Part shown: in pieces, positions 10,381 through 20,143 of the stretch
How the letters are laid out: the number at the start of each line of letters is the position of its first letter
Numbering within the stretch: position 1 is the first letter of the stretch
DNA from: Bacteriovoracia bacterium
GTDB taxonomy: Bacteria > Bdellovibrionota > UBA1018 > CAIPTA01
DNA length: 64,000 bases
NCBI GenBank assembly: GCA_050246755.1
Contig: JBFWVL010000001.1
Location: forward strand, 1,248,001 to 1,312,000
Direction of reading: 5' to 3'
Notes under the pieces: model-generated
What the model was told of the DNA's origin: nothing
Databases searched by the model: none
The model's input: the letters and a program-made list of their open reading frames with translations, nothing else
Position numbers and translations under genes: made by a program

Positions 10381-10757
10381 GTGGCGTCCCTTTCTGGAAT
10401 CATGCCGGCGAACTCTACTCCGTTGAAAGTGCGTAGCTCTTCTTCCCACCAAAGACTAAACGGCCAGAGGGCGCTGGGGCGCGGAAAGGCCGAAGAAGGA
10501 GCAACTTCCAGAATAAAAAAGATCGGTTCATTTCCGCACGTAAGCAGCAGCTCGATGGAAAGATTCGTGCCCGCGCCGGCCGTCGATAACCCATGCAAAG
10601 CGGGGCGTTCGCCAGAGGGTAGCGCGCCCCAATGCTCGAGCAATTTTGCCAGCTCCGAAGTTCCCGCCTGGACGCGAGAAACTTTATCTCCGGCCGCAGG
10701 GGTGCCCGGCACCTTCACGATGCCTCCCCAAATATTTTTTTCTCCGCCTGATCTCAC
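10365..10757 (-). CDS. Short divergent NuoC-like subunit
   Basis: SALWPFSLWWEEELRTFNGVEFAG resembles the NuoC motif S...WP.A.W.ERE..D.FGI.F.G; lies between B and D; GTGA overlap. Confidence 0.6.
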   Translation of the reverse strand: MRSGGEKNIWGGIVKVPGTPAAGDKVSRVQAGTSELAKLLEHWGALPSGERPALHGLSTAGAGTNLSIELLLTCGNEPIFFILEVAPSSAFPRPSALWPFSLWWEEELRTFNGVEFAGMIPERDATWRPL

Positions 10758-11203
10758 GACGCGGACCTCCGGATTTTTTCCTGCAATTTAATCAGCGCAT
10801 GAATCAATGACTCCGGTCGTGGAGGACAGCCCGGAATAAAAAGATCCACGGGAATTATGGCCTCGAGACCCGGGATACGATGTTTTCCTTCGGCCGAAAA
10901 CATTCCACCGGTGCTGGCGCAACTGCCAACGGCCACCACGAATTTTGGATCGCGCATCTCGGCGTAAATCTTTTTCAGTTCTTCGGCAATGCCGGGAGTT
11001 ACCGGGCCTGAAACAAAGAGCACATCGGCGTTACGATGATCGGTCACAATCCGGCAACCGAGCCTCTCCCAATCGAATCTCGGTCCGGAAGCAGCTTCCA
11101 CTTCCAGGGTACAGCAAGAAAGCCCCACATGATAAACCCATAACGAATCCGCGAGCGCGGATTTTGGCTGAGAGGGAGCGGATTCTTTTTGGATCTCCAT
11201 CAT
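10754..11203 (-). CDS. nuoB: Second NuoB-like Fe-S subunit
   Basis: SLWVYHVGLSCCTLE, RFDWERLG, GSCASTGG, IPGCPPRPE. Confidence 0.9.
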   Translation of the reverse strand: MMEIQKESAPSQPKSALADSLWVYHVGLSCCTLEVEAASGPRFDWERLGCRIVTDHRNADVLFVSGPVTPGIAEELKKIYAEMRDPKFVVAVGSCASTGGMFSAEGKHRIPGLEAIIPVDLFIPGCPPRPESLIHALIKLQEKIRRSAS

Positions 11204-11577
11204 TGGTTTTCCTTATCGGGCCACTCGAGATTGTCTATCCACTTCAGGTAGCTTTTACGGCCGCCGTACCAAAGTAGGGCCAGCATCAACGCGGGAAAAA
11301 TCAAAACCTTTCCCATCACCAGCCAGCGGTCGTGCATTTCGAGGGAAACTATTTTTTGCCGGTACGAAGCCCACATCGGCAAAGAGAGTGCGATTCCGCA
11401 CCAGAGCATTAGCAGCCAAAGAACGTGATAGAATGAACGGAACGCACCTTCCGGGGCGCCGTTCCCTGGCTCACGAATTCCCTGAACCTTTTCGAGACGA
11501 TCCCATAGCACGAGCACCAAAATGGCCACAAAAAGCAGCACTGCTGGAATTAAAAAGAGGAGAAATCTAGAATACAT
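11200..11577 (-). CDS. Divergent NuoA-like subunit
   Basis: Three TMs; FYHVLWLLMLWCGIALSLPMWASYRQK and WYGGRKSYLKW align by eye to the canonical NuoA in this window; first gene of the operon; AAGGA RBS before ATG 11577. Confidence 0.6.
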   Translation of the reverse strand: MYSRFLLFLIPAVLLFVAILVLVLWDRLEKVQGIREPGNGAPEGAFRSFYHVLWLLMLWCGIALSLPMWASYRQKIVSLEMHDRWLVMGKVLIFPALMLALLWYGGRKSYLKWIDNLEWPDKENQ

Positions 11578-11679
11578 CTGCCGTCCTTGAGTTTCAGTGC
11601 CTCTTCCCACAGCCATATTCACCCGGCGGCAATGCCGATCCGGATCCTTGAAATGCCTAATGTGAGAACTGACCTAGGA

Positions 11680-11708
11680 AGCGTAAGAACTTTGCAGGAA
11701 CGTGTCAA
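11680..11708 (-). promoter_or_regulatory. Sigma70-like promoter for the divergent nuo-like operon
   Basis: Minus-strand TTGACA (11708-11703), 17 nt spacer, TACGCT (11685-11680). Confidence 0.6.
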
Positions 11709-11736
11709 GAATTATGCTGTAATATGGGATAGTTAG

Positions 11737-14700
11737 ATGTCGCAATCCGCCGGTAAAAAACAGTCCGCAGTTTCGCTCAACGGGCTTTCCCCGGCGGCCT
11801 TCGCTTATCTGCTTCCGGAACTTCTGAGCGAAGGCAATGAATTGCGGGCAGTTGTGCTCGTAAGCGATGAGAGCGCGGCGGACCAAGTTGCGGAAGATAT
11901 CGCTTTTTTTGCGGACTTTCGGGGCGGTGCGTGGAAACACACTTCCTTGTTACGTTTGGGGGGGTGGGAGCAAAGCCCTTACCGAAACCTCCAGCCCGGT
12001 CTTTCCGCCCGGCTCGATCGCATCAAAGCGAGTCACTTTCTCGTTTCACCCAGCTCCAACCGAAACTGGATTCTGGTCAGCTCCGCCCGTTCATTTCTTC
12101 AGGCCGCCGCCACCCGCGAGCATTTAACCGAAACGGTTCAAGTGGGTAAGGGCATCGCTATTCATCCGGAAACCTTAGCCGCCCAACTTACTAAAATAGG
12201 CTACACGAAAACCGAAAACGTAGAAGATCCCGGAAACTTCAGCGTGAGGGGCGGGATCGTGGATGTATTTCCCCCTTCGCTGGAAAATCCCGTGCGCCTT
12301 GAATTCTTCGATGAGGAAATCGAGTCCGTTCGCATATTCAATCCCGAAACTCAACGCAGCGTGCGCCTGCTTTCCGAAAAAGAAACCGTAGAACTGATCC
12401 CGGTACGCGAGTTCACCTGCGATCCCCTGAGCCTCGCCGCGGCCAGAGAAACGATCAAGGAATGGTGTGATCAGCACGATCTCCCGCGGGCGGCAAGGGA
12501 AAGAATAGGCCTATTGCTGAGCCAAGGCGTGGCCACGCCCGAAATGGATTATTTGCTGCCCTTTTTCCGGAACGAGCAAACCTGGCCGGTCCAGCTTTTA
12601 CCTCCCGGCGTAACCCTTTGCATTTTCGAGCCAGAAATCTTCCGCGAAACCGTGGCGGCCTGGCGGGAAAAAGAAGAAGAACTATATAAGAACAGTTTAG
12701 ATAGGCAGCAGGTAGTTCCCGAGCCCGATCGATTGTTCATGCCGCTCAACACCGCGCTCGCCCCGGAACGCTGGAATAAAATTATGGAAACCCGCGAGCT
12801 CGCCCTCGGCGAAGGTTCGCCGCGCTTCGAGCGCATCCGGCTGGGATCCAAGAAAAAAGCCACCGACATGCCGGGCCTCATGCGCACCCTCACAAGTATG
12901 CGGGAGCGCGGCACCACCACGGTTATAGTGGCGAATTCTCAGTCGCAGCTCGATCGCGTACTTTTCCTGCTCAATCAAAGTAAAGTGCGCGCGGTGGCGG
13001 TGAAGGGTGAATTCGACCTGCCGAAAGATCCCTCGATCGTAGCCCTTGCGCTCGGCCAGCTCTCCGAGAGTTTTCACCTCCTCGAGAAAAAAATCGCTTT
13101 CCTTTCCGAAGACGAGATCTTCGGTGAAAAACAGCATATTCACCGGCCGGGACGTAAGCGTTCCGCGGCGCCCACCGTTACGATGGACGATCTCGTAGCG
13201 GGCGATATGGTGGTGCATATCGAGCACGGAATCGGACGTTACGTGGGGCTGGCGCGGGTAAAAGCGCTGGGCAATGAGGGCGATTTCGTTCAGCTGGAAT
13301 ATGCCGACGGCGATAAGCTTTATATTCCGGTTTACCGCCTCGAAGGCCTTTCCCGCTACGTGGGAACATCGGGCGAAAACGCATCGCTCGACCGCCTTGG
13401 CTCAGGCTCTTTCGCAAAAACGAAAGATAAAGTAAAAGCCGCGATCAAAGACATCGCCCAGGACTTGCTACGGGTACAGGCTGAGCGCGAGCTCCGCGAG
13501 GGTTACGCCTTTTCCTCTCCCGACGACGAATATCGCCGCTTTGAAGCCGAATTCCCTTTCGACGAAACGCCGGACCAGGCCAAAGCCATTCAGGAAACTA
13601 TCGATGATATGACCGAAGGAAAGCCCATGGATCGTCTCGTATGCGGCGACGTGGGTTTTGGAAAAACGGAAGTGGCCATCCGGGCGGCGTTCAAGGCCGC
13701 CCAGGATGGGAAGCAGGTGGCGGTGCTGGTGCCCACCACGATCCTCGCCGAGCAGCACTACCTCACGTTCAGTCAAAGAATTTCTTCTTACCCCTTTAAG
13801 ATCGCAAGTCTCTCTCGCTTCAAAACGCGCAAAGAACAAGCCGAGATCCTAGAAAATCTGGCGGCCGGAAAAATAGACATCGCGATCGGAACGCATCGTT
13901 TGCTTTCCAAAGACGTAAAATTTAAAGAGCTCGGCCTCGTGATCATCGACGAAGAACAGCGCTTCGGCGTGGAGCACAAGGAAAAATTAAAACAACTGAA
14001 GGCTACGACCGACGTGCTCACGCTCACGGCCACGCCCATTCCCCGCACCCTGCAGATGTCGCTGATGGGCTTAAAAGACGTGAGCATCATCCGCACCCCG
14101 CCGGGCGATCGCCTTTCTATCAAAACCCACCTCGCTACTTTCGATCACGAACTGATCCGCGACGCGATTCGCACCGAGCTCAGCCGGGGCGGGCAAGTTT
14201 TTTTCATCCATAATCGCATACAAACCATTGGAAAAATGGAAGAGTTGCTTCAGCGGCTGGTGCCCGAGGCGAAATTCGTAGTGGCGCATGGCCAGATGGC
14301 CGAGGGACAGCTCGAGCGGGCCATGATCGGCTTTTATCAGAAAAAGTTCGACGTGCTGATCGCTACCGCCATTATCGAAAATGGTCTCGACGTGCCCAAC
14401 GCGAACACGCTGATAGTAAATCGTGCCGATACCTTCGGCCTCTCGCAACTTTACCAAATCCGGGGCCGCGTGGGCCGCTCCCAGACGCGAGCCCATGCGT
14501 ATTTTCTGCTGCCCGAAAATGCATCGGTCAGCGACGAGGCCCGCGAGCGATTGTCGGTACTGCAGCGATTCGTGGAACTGGGTAGCGGCTATATGATCGC
14601 CACGCACGATCTAGAAATCCGGGGCGGGGGCGATGTTCTTGGCCAGGCTCAGTCCGGCCACATCGCGGCCGTGGGTTATGAAATGTATATCGAATTGCTG

Positions 14701-15186
14701 CAGGAGGAAGTGCAGCGGCTGAAGGGTGAAAAAATCGCGGAGCCACTCGCCGAGGTGGAGATCAACGTTCCCTTCTACGCCGTTCTTCCCGATAACTATG
14801 TTCCCGACATGAAAGCTCGACTGGCTCTTTATCGTCGTCTCTCCGCGATGCGCACCGAAGAGCAGACCGACGATGCCCGCAAAGAACTCGAAGATCGATA
14901 CGGGCTTTTGCCAAAAGAGACCGAGGAATTACTCTGCGTGCTCCGCCTCAAGGTTCTGATGCGCCGGATGGGCCTGAAAACTCTTTCGCTCGGACCCAAA
15001 GGCATGAGCTTAACACCAGGTAAGGATCCTATTTTCGAGCCAGCGCTCATTCTGCAGCTCGTTCACACGCAACCGAAAGAGTACTCGATTCTTCCCGACG
15101 GAAAGTTTGTGATTCAGGGAAGTTTTCGTTCAGCGTCCGAGCTATATGATCGGTTGCGTCAAATGCTGAACAGCTGCACGCAGTGA
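11737..15186 (+). CDS. mfd: Transcription-repair coupling factor
   Basis: CarD/RID domain (GDMVVHIEHGIGRY), CGDVGFGKTEVA, DEEQRFG, ATPIPRTL, C-terminal TRCF domain. Confidence 0.98.
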   Translation: MSQSAGKKQSAVSLNGLSPAAFAYLLPELLSEGNELRAVVLVSDESAADQVAEDIAFFADFRGGAWKHTSLLRLGGWEQSPYRNLQPGLSARLDRIKASHFLVSPSSNRNWILVSSARSFLQAAATREHLTETVQVGKGIAIHPETLAAQLTKIGYTKTENVEDPGNFSVRGGIVDVFPPSLENPVRLEFFDEEIESVRIFNPETQRSVRLLSEKETVELIPVREFTCDPLSLAAARETIKEWCDQHDLPRAARERIGLLLSQGVATPEMDYLLPFFRNEQTWPVQLLPPGVTLCIFEPEIFRETVAAWREKEEELYKNSLDRQQVVPEPDRLFMPLNTALAPERWNKIMETRELALGEGSPRFERIRLGSKKKATDMPGLMRTLTSMRERGTTTVIVANSQSQLDRVLFLLNQSKVRAVAVKGEFDLPKDPSIVALALGQLSESFHLLEKKIAFLSEDEIFGEKQHIHRPGRKRSAAPTVTMDDLVAGDMVVHIEHGIGRYVGLARVKALGNEGDFVQLEYADGDKLYIPVYRLEGLSRYVGTSGENASLDRLGSGSFAKTKDKVKAAIKDIAQDLLRVQAERELREGYAFSSPDDEYRRFEAEFPFDETPDQAKAIQETIDDMTEGKPMDRLVCGDVGFGKTEVAIRAAFKAAQDGKQVAVLVPTTILAEQHYLTFSQRISSYPFKIASLSRFKTRKEQAEILENLAAGKIDIAIGTHRLLSKDVKFKELGLVIIDEEQRFGVEHKEKLKQLKATTDVLTLTATPIPRTLQMSLMGLKDVSIIRTPPGDRLSIKTHLATFDHELIRDAIRTELSRGGQVFFIHNRIQTIGKMEELLQRLVPEAKFVVAHGQMAEGQLERAMIGFYQKKFDVLIATAIIENGLDVPNANTLIVNRADTFGLSQLYQIRGRVGRSQTRAHAYFLLPENASVSDEARERLSVLQRFVELGSGYMIATHDLEIRGGGDVLGQAQSGHIAAVGYEMYIELLQEEVQRLKGEKIAEPLAEVEINVPFYAVLPDNYVPDMKARLALYRRLSAMRTEEQTDDARKELEDRYGLLPKETEELLCVLRLKVLMRRMGLKTLSLGPKGMSLTPGKDPIFEPALILQLVHTQPKEYSILPDGKFVIQGSFRSASELYDRLRQMLNSCTQ

Positions 15187-15192
15187 ATCATC

Positions 15193-15221
15193 TTGACCGC
15201 TCCGCGCCGGGAAGCAATAAT
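15193..15221 (+). promoter_or_regulatory. Possible sigma70 promoter upstream of the PPIase genes
   Basis: TTGACC, 17 nt spacer, AATAAT. Confidence 0.4.
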
Positions 15222-15277
15222 TTAATTAAATTGAAGCGATACGAATCGCAAGGATGCGAGGGATAAGGGGAATACGT

Positions 15278-16108
15278 ATGCTGAACGGGTTAAAATTAGT
15301 AGGTTTCTTTGCCGCCATCTTAATTGCCTCGGCATCTCAGGCCGCGCTCGACAAAGAAACAGTTGCCGACGTGAATGGGAAAAAGATCACGAAGGAAGAC
15401 TTCGATCGCCGCTACAAAGAAAACGTCTCCTACTTTAATTATACCGAGCCCACAAAGGCTAACGTGCTTGATTCCATCATCAAGTTCGAAATCGCCGTGC
15501 AGGAAGCGAAGCGCCTAGGTCTCGATAAAGATCCACAGGTGCAAGAGCGCATGAACGCGGTTCTTTACCAGTCTCTCGTGGACAAACAACTTTCGGAAAA
15601 ATTCAAAGGCGCGGTGGATATCTCGGAAAAAGAAGCCCGTGACTATTGCGGACGCAACCCCGCCATCCGCATTAGCCACGTTTACGTAGCCCTCAAGCCA
15701 ACGGCACTGAAGAGCGAAGAAGCGGCTGCCCGGAAGCGCCTGCAAGATGCCCAAGCTGCCCTTGCCAAAGGGGAAAAGTTCGAGCAAGTAGTGGCCAAAT
15801 ATTCCGAAGGCTATAGCGCTCCCGCGGGCGGAGATACCGGCTTTGTGACCAAGATGCAGATTGATCCTACGATCTACATGGAAGCTCGCAAGCTAAGCGT
15901 AGGCCAAATCGCGAAGAATCCCATCCGTTCTCAGCTGGGTTTGCATATCGTAAAACTTACTGGCATTCAGGACTGCAAAGGAATCAACATTCCCGAGTGG
16001 CAGCGTATGGTTTTTGACGAGAAGCGTGTAAAAATCCTGGATAACTACCTTTCTTCTCTGCGCTCGAAATCGAAAATTTCCGTCAACGAGGAACTGATCA
16101 AAGAATAA
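15278..16108 (+). CDS. Exported parvulin-type peptidyl-prolyl isomerase (SurA/PrsA-like)
   Basis: Signal peptide, VADVNGKKIT, SHVYV, FEQVVAKYSE..GGDTGF, SQLGLHIVK. Confidence 0.9.
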   Translation: MLNGLKLVGFFAAILIASASQAALDKETVADVNGKKITKEDFDRRYKENVSYFNYTEPTKANVLDSIIKFEIAVQEAKRLGLDKDPQVQERMNAVLYQSLVDKQLSEKFKGAVDISEKEARDYCGRNPAIRISHVYVALKPTALKSEEAAARKRLQDAQAALAKGEKFEQVVAKYSEGYSAPAGGDTGFVTKMQIDPTIYMEARKLSVGQIAKNPIRSQLGLHIVKLTGIQDCKGINIPEWQRMVFDEKRVKILDNYLSSLRSKSKISVNEELIKE

Positions 16109-16148
16109 ATCTCTAGCTCTGCCTAGAGGACGGGAGTAGAACTTTTGC

Positions 16149-17075
16149 ATGCATAAGTTCACTCCCGTTTTTCTTTTTCTCCTCTTCTTCACAATCAACT
16201 CCGTGCACGCCCGCATAATTGATCGCACTCTCGCCCTCGTGAATGCCGAAGTGGTGCTGCAGTCGGACTTAACCGCCTTCCGCAAAGCTTTCCCCCTTCG
16301 CCGAGAAATCGACCCCTTCATTCAGCTCCTAGAATTCCCTTCGGATTCTACTCCCAAGCAAGCACTCGATTACCTGGTGCAAGAACGCCTGGTATTACAA
16401 AAATTTCCCGCCACCGAGGATGAAATTGAAGAGGAGATCAATGCCGTTCAGCGCAATAACCGCATCGACCGCGATCGGCTTAAGGAAGTTTTAGGCTCTC
16501 AAGGTGTAAAGTTCGACGATTACCGTCGCCTCATGTCGGTGAGCGTTTCTAAACGCAAATTGATCGAACGCGAGCTGCGCCCACTCGCCGCCGTTTCCGA
16601 TGAAGACGTAAAAAACTTTTATTATACCGATTCCGCCTTCTTGGCCCGGCGCAAAGAGCAAAAGCTGGTGCTCACCTATACGCTCCAACAGCTCCTCTTG
16701 CCCAGCGCGGAAATTGCCGAATCAGCGCAAAAGCGCCTACGCAGCGGCAGCGACTTCGACACCGTGGCCTCGGATTTAGCCAGTAAAGGAGTAGAATCAT
16801 CCCGACTGGCTGGCATTTCCGAAGAGAACATGAACAGCAAAATTCGTGAATCCATTCAGGGCCTGAAAGTGGGCGAAACGACCAAAACGCTTTCCGCCGG
16901 TTCCGGGTATATGATCCTGCGCATTCAGGAAATCGGCGCCCCTAAAGATCCCGTGTTCGAGGGGGAAAAGGAAAAAATCCGCGGGGCCCTCTTCCAAAAG
17001 GGTTTACTCAGCCAACTCAAGCTATGGTCGGAGCGCGAACGCAATTCTTCCTACGTGCACCTCTCGCAAAACTAG
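16149..17075 (+). CDS. SurA N-terminal domain chaperone with degenerate rotamase domain
   Basis: Signal peptide, IIDRTLALVNAEVVLQSD, rotamase-like C-terminal half (FDTVA, LKVGE, GYMIL). Confidence 0.85.
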   Translation: MHKFTPVFLFLLFFTINSVHARIIDRTLALVNAEVVLQSDLTAFRKAFPLRREIDPFIQLLEFPSDSTPKQALDYLVQERLVLQKFPATEDEIEEEINAVQRNNRIDRDRLKEVLGSQGVKFDDYRRLMSVSVSKRKLIERELRPLAAVSDEDVKNFYYTDSAFLARRKEQKLVLTYTLQQLLLPSAEIAESAQKRLRSGSDFDTVASDLASKGVESSRLAGISEENMNSKIRESIQGLKVGETTKTLSAGSGYMILRIQEIGAPKDPVFEGEKEKIRGALFQKGLLSQLKLWSERERNSSYVHLSQN

Positions 17076-17125
17076 CCTCTGCGCTTAGGCTTCCTTCCCC
17101 GGCATGATATCCTTTACTAAGGAAA

Positions 17126-20100
17126 ATGCCGGCACCAGGAAGCGCCAAAAATTATAAGATTCAACTTACGCCCGAGCGCACTTTAGGCCCGATCGGCATC
17201 GAACGCGTGCGCGCGCTCGTGATGAAGGGTCGCATTCACGGCGATGAGCCTACCAGCGTGGAACCATTCCTCGAATGGAAACCATTTACTTCTTTCTCCG
17301 AACTCGGTGAATTGCTGCTGAAAAAAATGGAACAGGACCAAAACCGGGGTTCCGCCGCAGATACCAATCCCGAAGTGGAAGTGGCCACCAAGACATTGGC
17401 CCACGTGAGTTTTCCCGATCGCCCGCCTGGTGCCGATAAAGAAGAAGATGAAAGCTACGGAATGCCCACCCTGGTGGATATTCCCACTCCACCTCCCGAA
17501 CCTGAAAATCCCGACAACGAAAAAACCATGGTCGGCCTCCTCATGCCTCTTCCGGAACAGGAAGACGGTGCCACTAAAATGCTTTCCCTCGACACCGTGG
17601 AAAAGGAGATGGAAAAATATATTCCGCCCCCTCCTCCGCCCGCTCCCGTGAAGAAATCGCTGTTCGGTCTCGGCAAGCCCATCAAGGCCGAAGACTACGT
17701 AACCGAGACCGGCAAAAAGCGCTTGCTCACTCGCAATACAGCGGCGCTCTTGGCCATGGGAATTCTGGCCATCGCCTATCTCTCCGCCCAACCCCAGCCC
17801 GGCGACCCTTCGCTGATTCTTCCGCGCTACCATACTTTCCCTTACGTGGAAGTGAATATGCCTCCGCGCCTCGGCGCAATCGCCGATCCCGCCATCTCCG
17901 CGGAACTCACGGAAAAAGGCCAAAAGCTTATCGAAGCGGAAACTCCCAGCGCCTATATCCTCGCGATCAGAAAGTTTTTCTACAACGGGGCGGGAAAAAA
18001 TCCGCAAAACTACGACGCGCGCGCGCTGCTCGCCTCCTCCTATATGCGCCTTTCCGAAATCGTGCCCCGCGATGAGCGCCTGTTCGAAACCGTGGACAAG
18101 CTTCTCCTTCCGGGCCCGTCCAGCAGCCAGTGGACTCCCGAATACGTGGTGGCACGTGCCGAATACTACCAAATGCTCAATCGCCACGATCAAGCGCAGG
18201 AAATCGTGGATAACTTTCTAAAAGCGCGGCCAACCGCCGAGCTCTATTACCAAAAAGCGAAAATCGCCTACGAGCGGCGTGAGCTCGACCTCGCCCTAAA
18301 CTCGATTAATAAATCGATTCCTCCCGAAGGCGTGCAGAAAGCAAACCCCCGCCACATTCTGCTTCAGGCGATTCTCTTGCAGAAAAAAGGACAGAGCGAC
18401 GCCGCTCAACAAGCCTTCAAGCGGCTCTACAAAGAGCACCGTAATTTCGGTCCCGGTTTAATCGCCTACGCGGAATATTTGCTTACCACTGGCAAACCCA
18501 AAGAAGCGCGTGCCTTGCTGGGGTATTTACTCGAGCGTCCTTACCTCATGGACCGCACGCAGCTCGCCGAAGCCTTCGTGGTAGCTGCCCGTACCTTCGA
18601 GACGCTGAAAGATATGCGCCGCGCGCTCGTTTTCGCCAACGCGGCCTACGGGATCCACTACAATAACGACGAAGCCGAAGATCTCCTAGTCCGGATCAAG
18701 TCCAAAATCCCCGAGACGCAAAAAGCCTATGAACAAATCATGCAGGGCCGGCAGAGAGAACAGGCCAAGCAAGCCGATCTCGCGCAGAATAACTACATCA
18801 AGGCGCTCGAAGAAAATCGTAAAGACCCTATCCCCTTCCTGCTCCTTGCTCATCTCTACGAAGAAAAAGGCAATATCGTGGAGGCCATCGATCGCTACCA
18901 AAAAGCGCTTTACGAAACCCCAGCCAAACCGATCGTGGCCGCCCTAAATCTCGCCCGCATCTACGCCACCCGTTTCGATTTCGAAAAAGCCGGAAACATG
19001 ATCAAGCTCGCCAGCGACATGAAGCGCAAGCGCGATCAGGTTCTCTTTTATCGGGGCTTAGTGCAACTCAAGCAAAAGCGCTACGATCTTGCCGAACCGT
19101 TTTTAGAAAATGCCCTTCATCTCGGATCCCGCTTCCCAGAGCTCTATATCCAAATGGGCGATTTTGAAACGAGAAGAAAAAATCAGAAGCTCGCCGAATA
19201 CTACTATTCCGTAGCGCTCCGTTACGAACCCTATCACGCCAAAGCCATGCTCGGCGTGGCCATGACCCGCTTTCACCTCGACAGCCCGTCGCGCGCCATC
19301 TCCTTCCTAAAAGACAAGCTCGCGGCCCAGCCTAATTCCGCCGCGATCATGACCAACCTTGCGATCATCTTCATTAAGTCCGGCGACCAAGATGCCGCCC
19401 GCTCTTATTTGCTCAATGCCATCCGCAGCGACGGAAAATACGCCGACGCCTTCCGGCTTCTCGGCAATCTCACCCGGGAAGAAGCGCTTCGCCAGAATTC
19501 CAACGATGAAGAGAAGAAGAAAAGCTACCAGCTTGCCCTGGCTAGCTACGTTCGCTATTCCCAGCTCGCCCCTCACGACCCCGAAGGCTACAAAGCCGTG
19601 GGCGATCTCTACCTAACCATCAACGATCTCGGCGCCGCCGCGCAGAACTACTATAAAGTTCTCGAGCTCACCCCCAACTATCCCGACGTTCGCCGCAGCC
19701 TGGCCGAAATTTCCCTCAACGGAAACGACGTGGACAAAGCCATGGAGCTTCTCAACAAAGAGATGGAGATCAATCCCGCCAACGACGCGGCCCTGGTCTC
19801 CAAGGGTGATATTTACCGCCGTAAAGGCGACTTTCAGGCCGCCACCAAGGCTTATACCGATGCCGCCCGCCTAAACGATAAAAACTCCGACGCCCTCTTC
19901 GGCCTCGGAGTTGTATATTCCGTGCAGGGTAGTTACGATAACGCCCTCTCCCTGTTTGGACGGGTAATCAAGCTCGACCCCCTCAAGGCGGAAGCGTATT
20001 TCGCCACGGGAGAGATTTACCAGAAGCAAAATAATCGCGGGAAAGCCAAGCAAGCGTTTATTAACTATAAGGGAATCGTACGGGATCCTCGCCTGGCCGC

Positions 20101-20137
20101 CCAAGCCGACCAGCGAATCCAGCAACTTTCGAGATAG
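17126..20137 (+). CDS. Large membrane-anchored TPR protein with N-terminal GYF_2-like domain
   Basis: N-terminal GP....VRALV.KGRI....W pattern, acidic/Pro-rich linker, one TM, many TPR repeats. Confidence 0.85.
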   Translation: MPAPGSAKNYKIQLTPERTLGPIGIERVRALVMKGRIHGDEPTSVEPFLEWKPFTSFSELGELLLKKMEQDQNRGSAADTNPEVEVATKTLAHVSFPDRPPGADKEEDESYGMPTLVDIPTPPPEPENPDNEKTMVGLLMPLPEQEDGATKMLSLDTVEKEMEKYIPPPPPPAPVKKSLFGLGKPIKAEDYVTETGKKRLLTRNTAALLAMGILAIAYLSAQPQPGDPSLILPRYHTFPYVEVNMPPRLGAIADPAISAELTEKGQKLIEAETPSAYILAIRKFFYNGAGKNPQNYDARALLASSYMRLSEIVPRDERLFETVDKLLLPGPSSSQWTPEYVVARAEYYQMLNRHDQAQEIVDNFLKARPTAELYYQKAKIAYERRELDLALNSINKSIPPEGVQKANPRHILLQAILLQKKGQSDAAQQAFKRLYKEHRNFGPGLIAYAEYLLTTGKPKEARALLGYLLERPYLMDRTQLAEAFVVAARTFETLKDMRRALVFANAAYGIHYNNDEAEDLLVRIKSKIPETQKAYEQIMQGRQREQAKQADLAQNNYIKALEENRKDPIPFLLLAHLYEEKGNIVEAIDRYQKALYETPAKPIVAALNLARIYATRFDFEKAGNMIKLASDMKRKRDQVLFYRGLVQLKQKRYDLAEPFLENALHLGSRFPELYIQMGDFETRRKNQKLAEYYYSVALRYEPYHAKAMLGVAMTRFHLDSPSRAISFLKDKLAAQPNSAAIMTNLAIIFIKSGDQDAARSYLLNAIRSDGKYADAFRLLGNLTREEALRQNSNDEEKKKSYQLALASYVRYSQLAPHDPEGYKAVGDLYLTINDLGAAAQNYYKVLELTPNYPDVRRSLAEISLNGNDVDKAMELLNKEMEINPANDAALVSKGDIYRRKGDFQAATKAYTDAARLNDKNSDALFGLGVVYSVQGSYDNALSLFGRVIKLDPLKAEAYFATGEIYQKQNNRGKAKQAFINYKGIVRDPRLAAQADQRIQQLSR

Positions 20138-20143
20138 GACATT

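Noticed and set aside
9277-11203. Group 4 [NiFe] hydrogenase interpretation of the second operon
   Set aside because: The large subunit lacks both Ni-binding CxxC motifs and has complex I-type RLDY and EVD(K/R) ends; the small subunit has the tandem CC of NuoB
1042-11577. Pseudogene cluster
   Set aside because: No frameshifts or internal stops across about 10.5 kb; translational coupling, Fe-S ligands and a promoter are preserved
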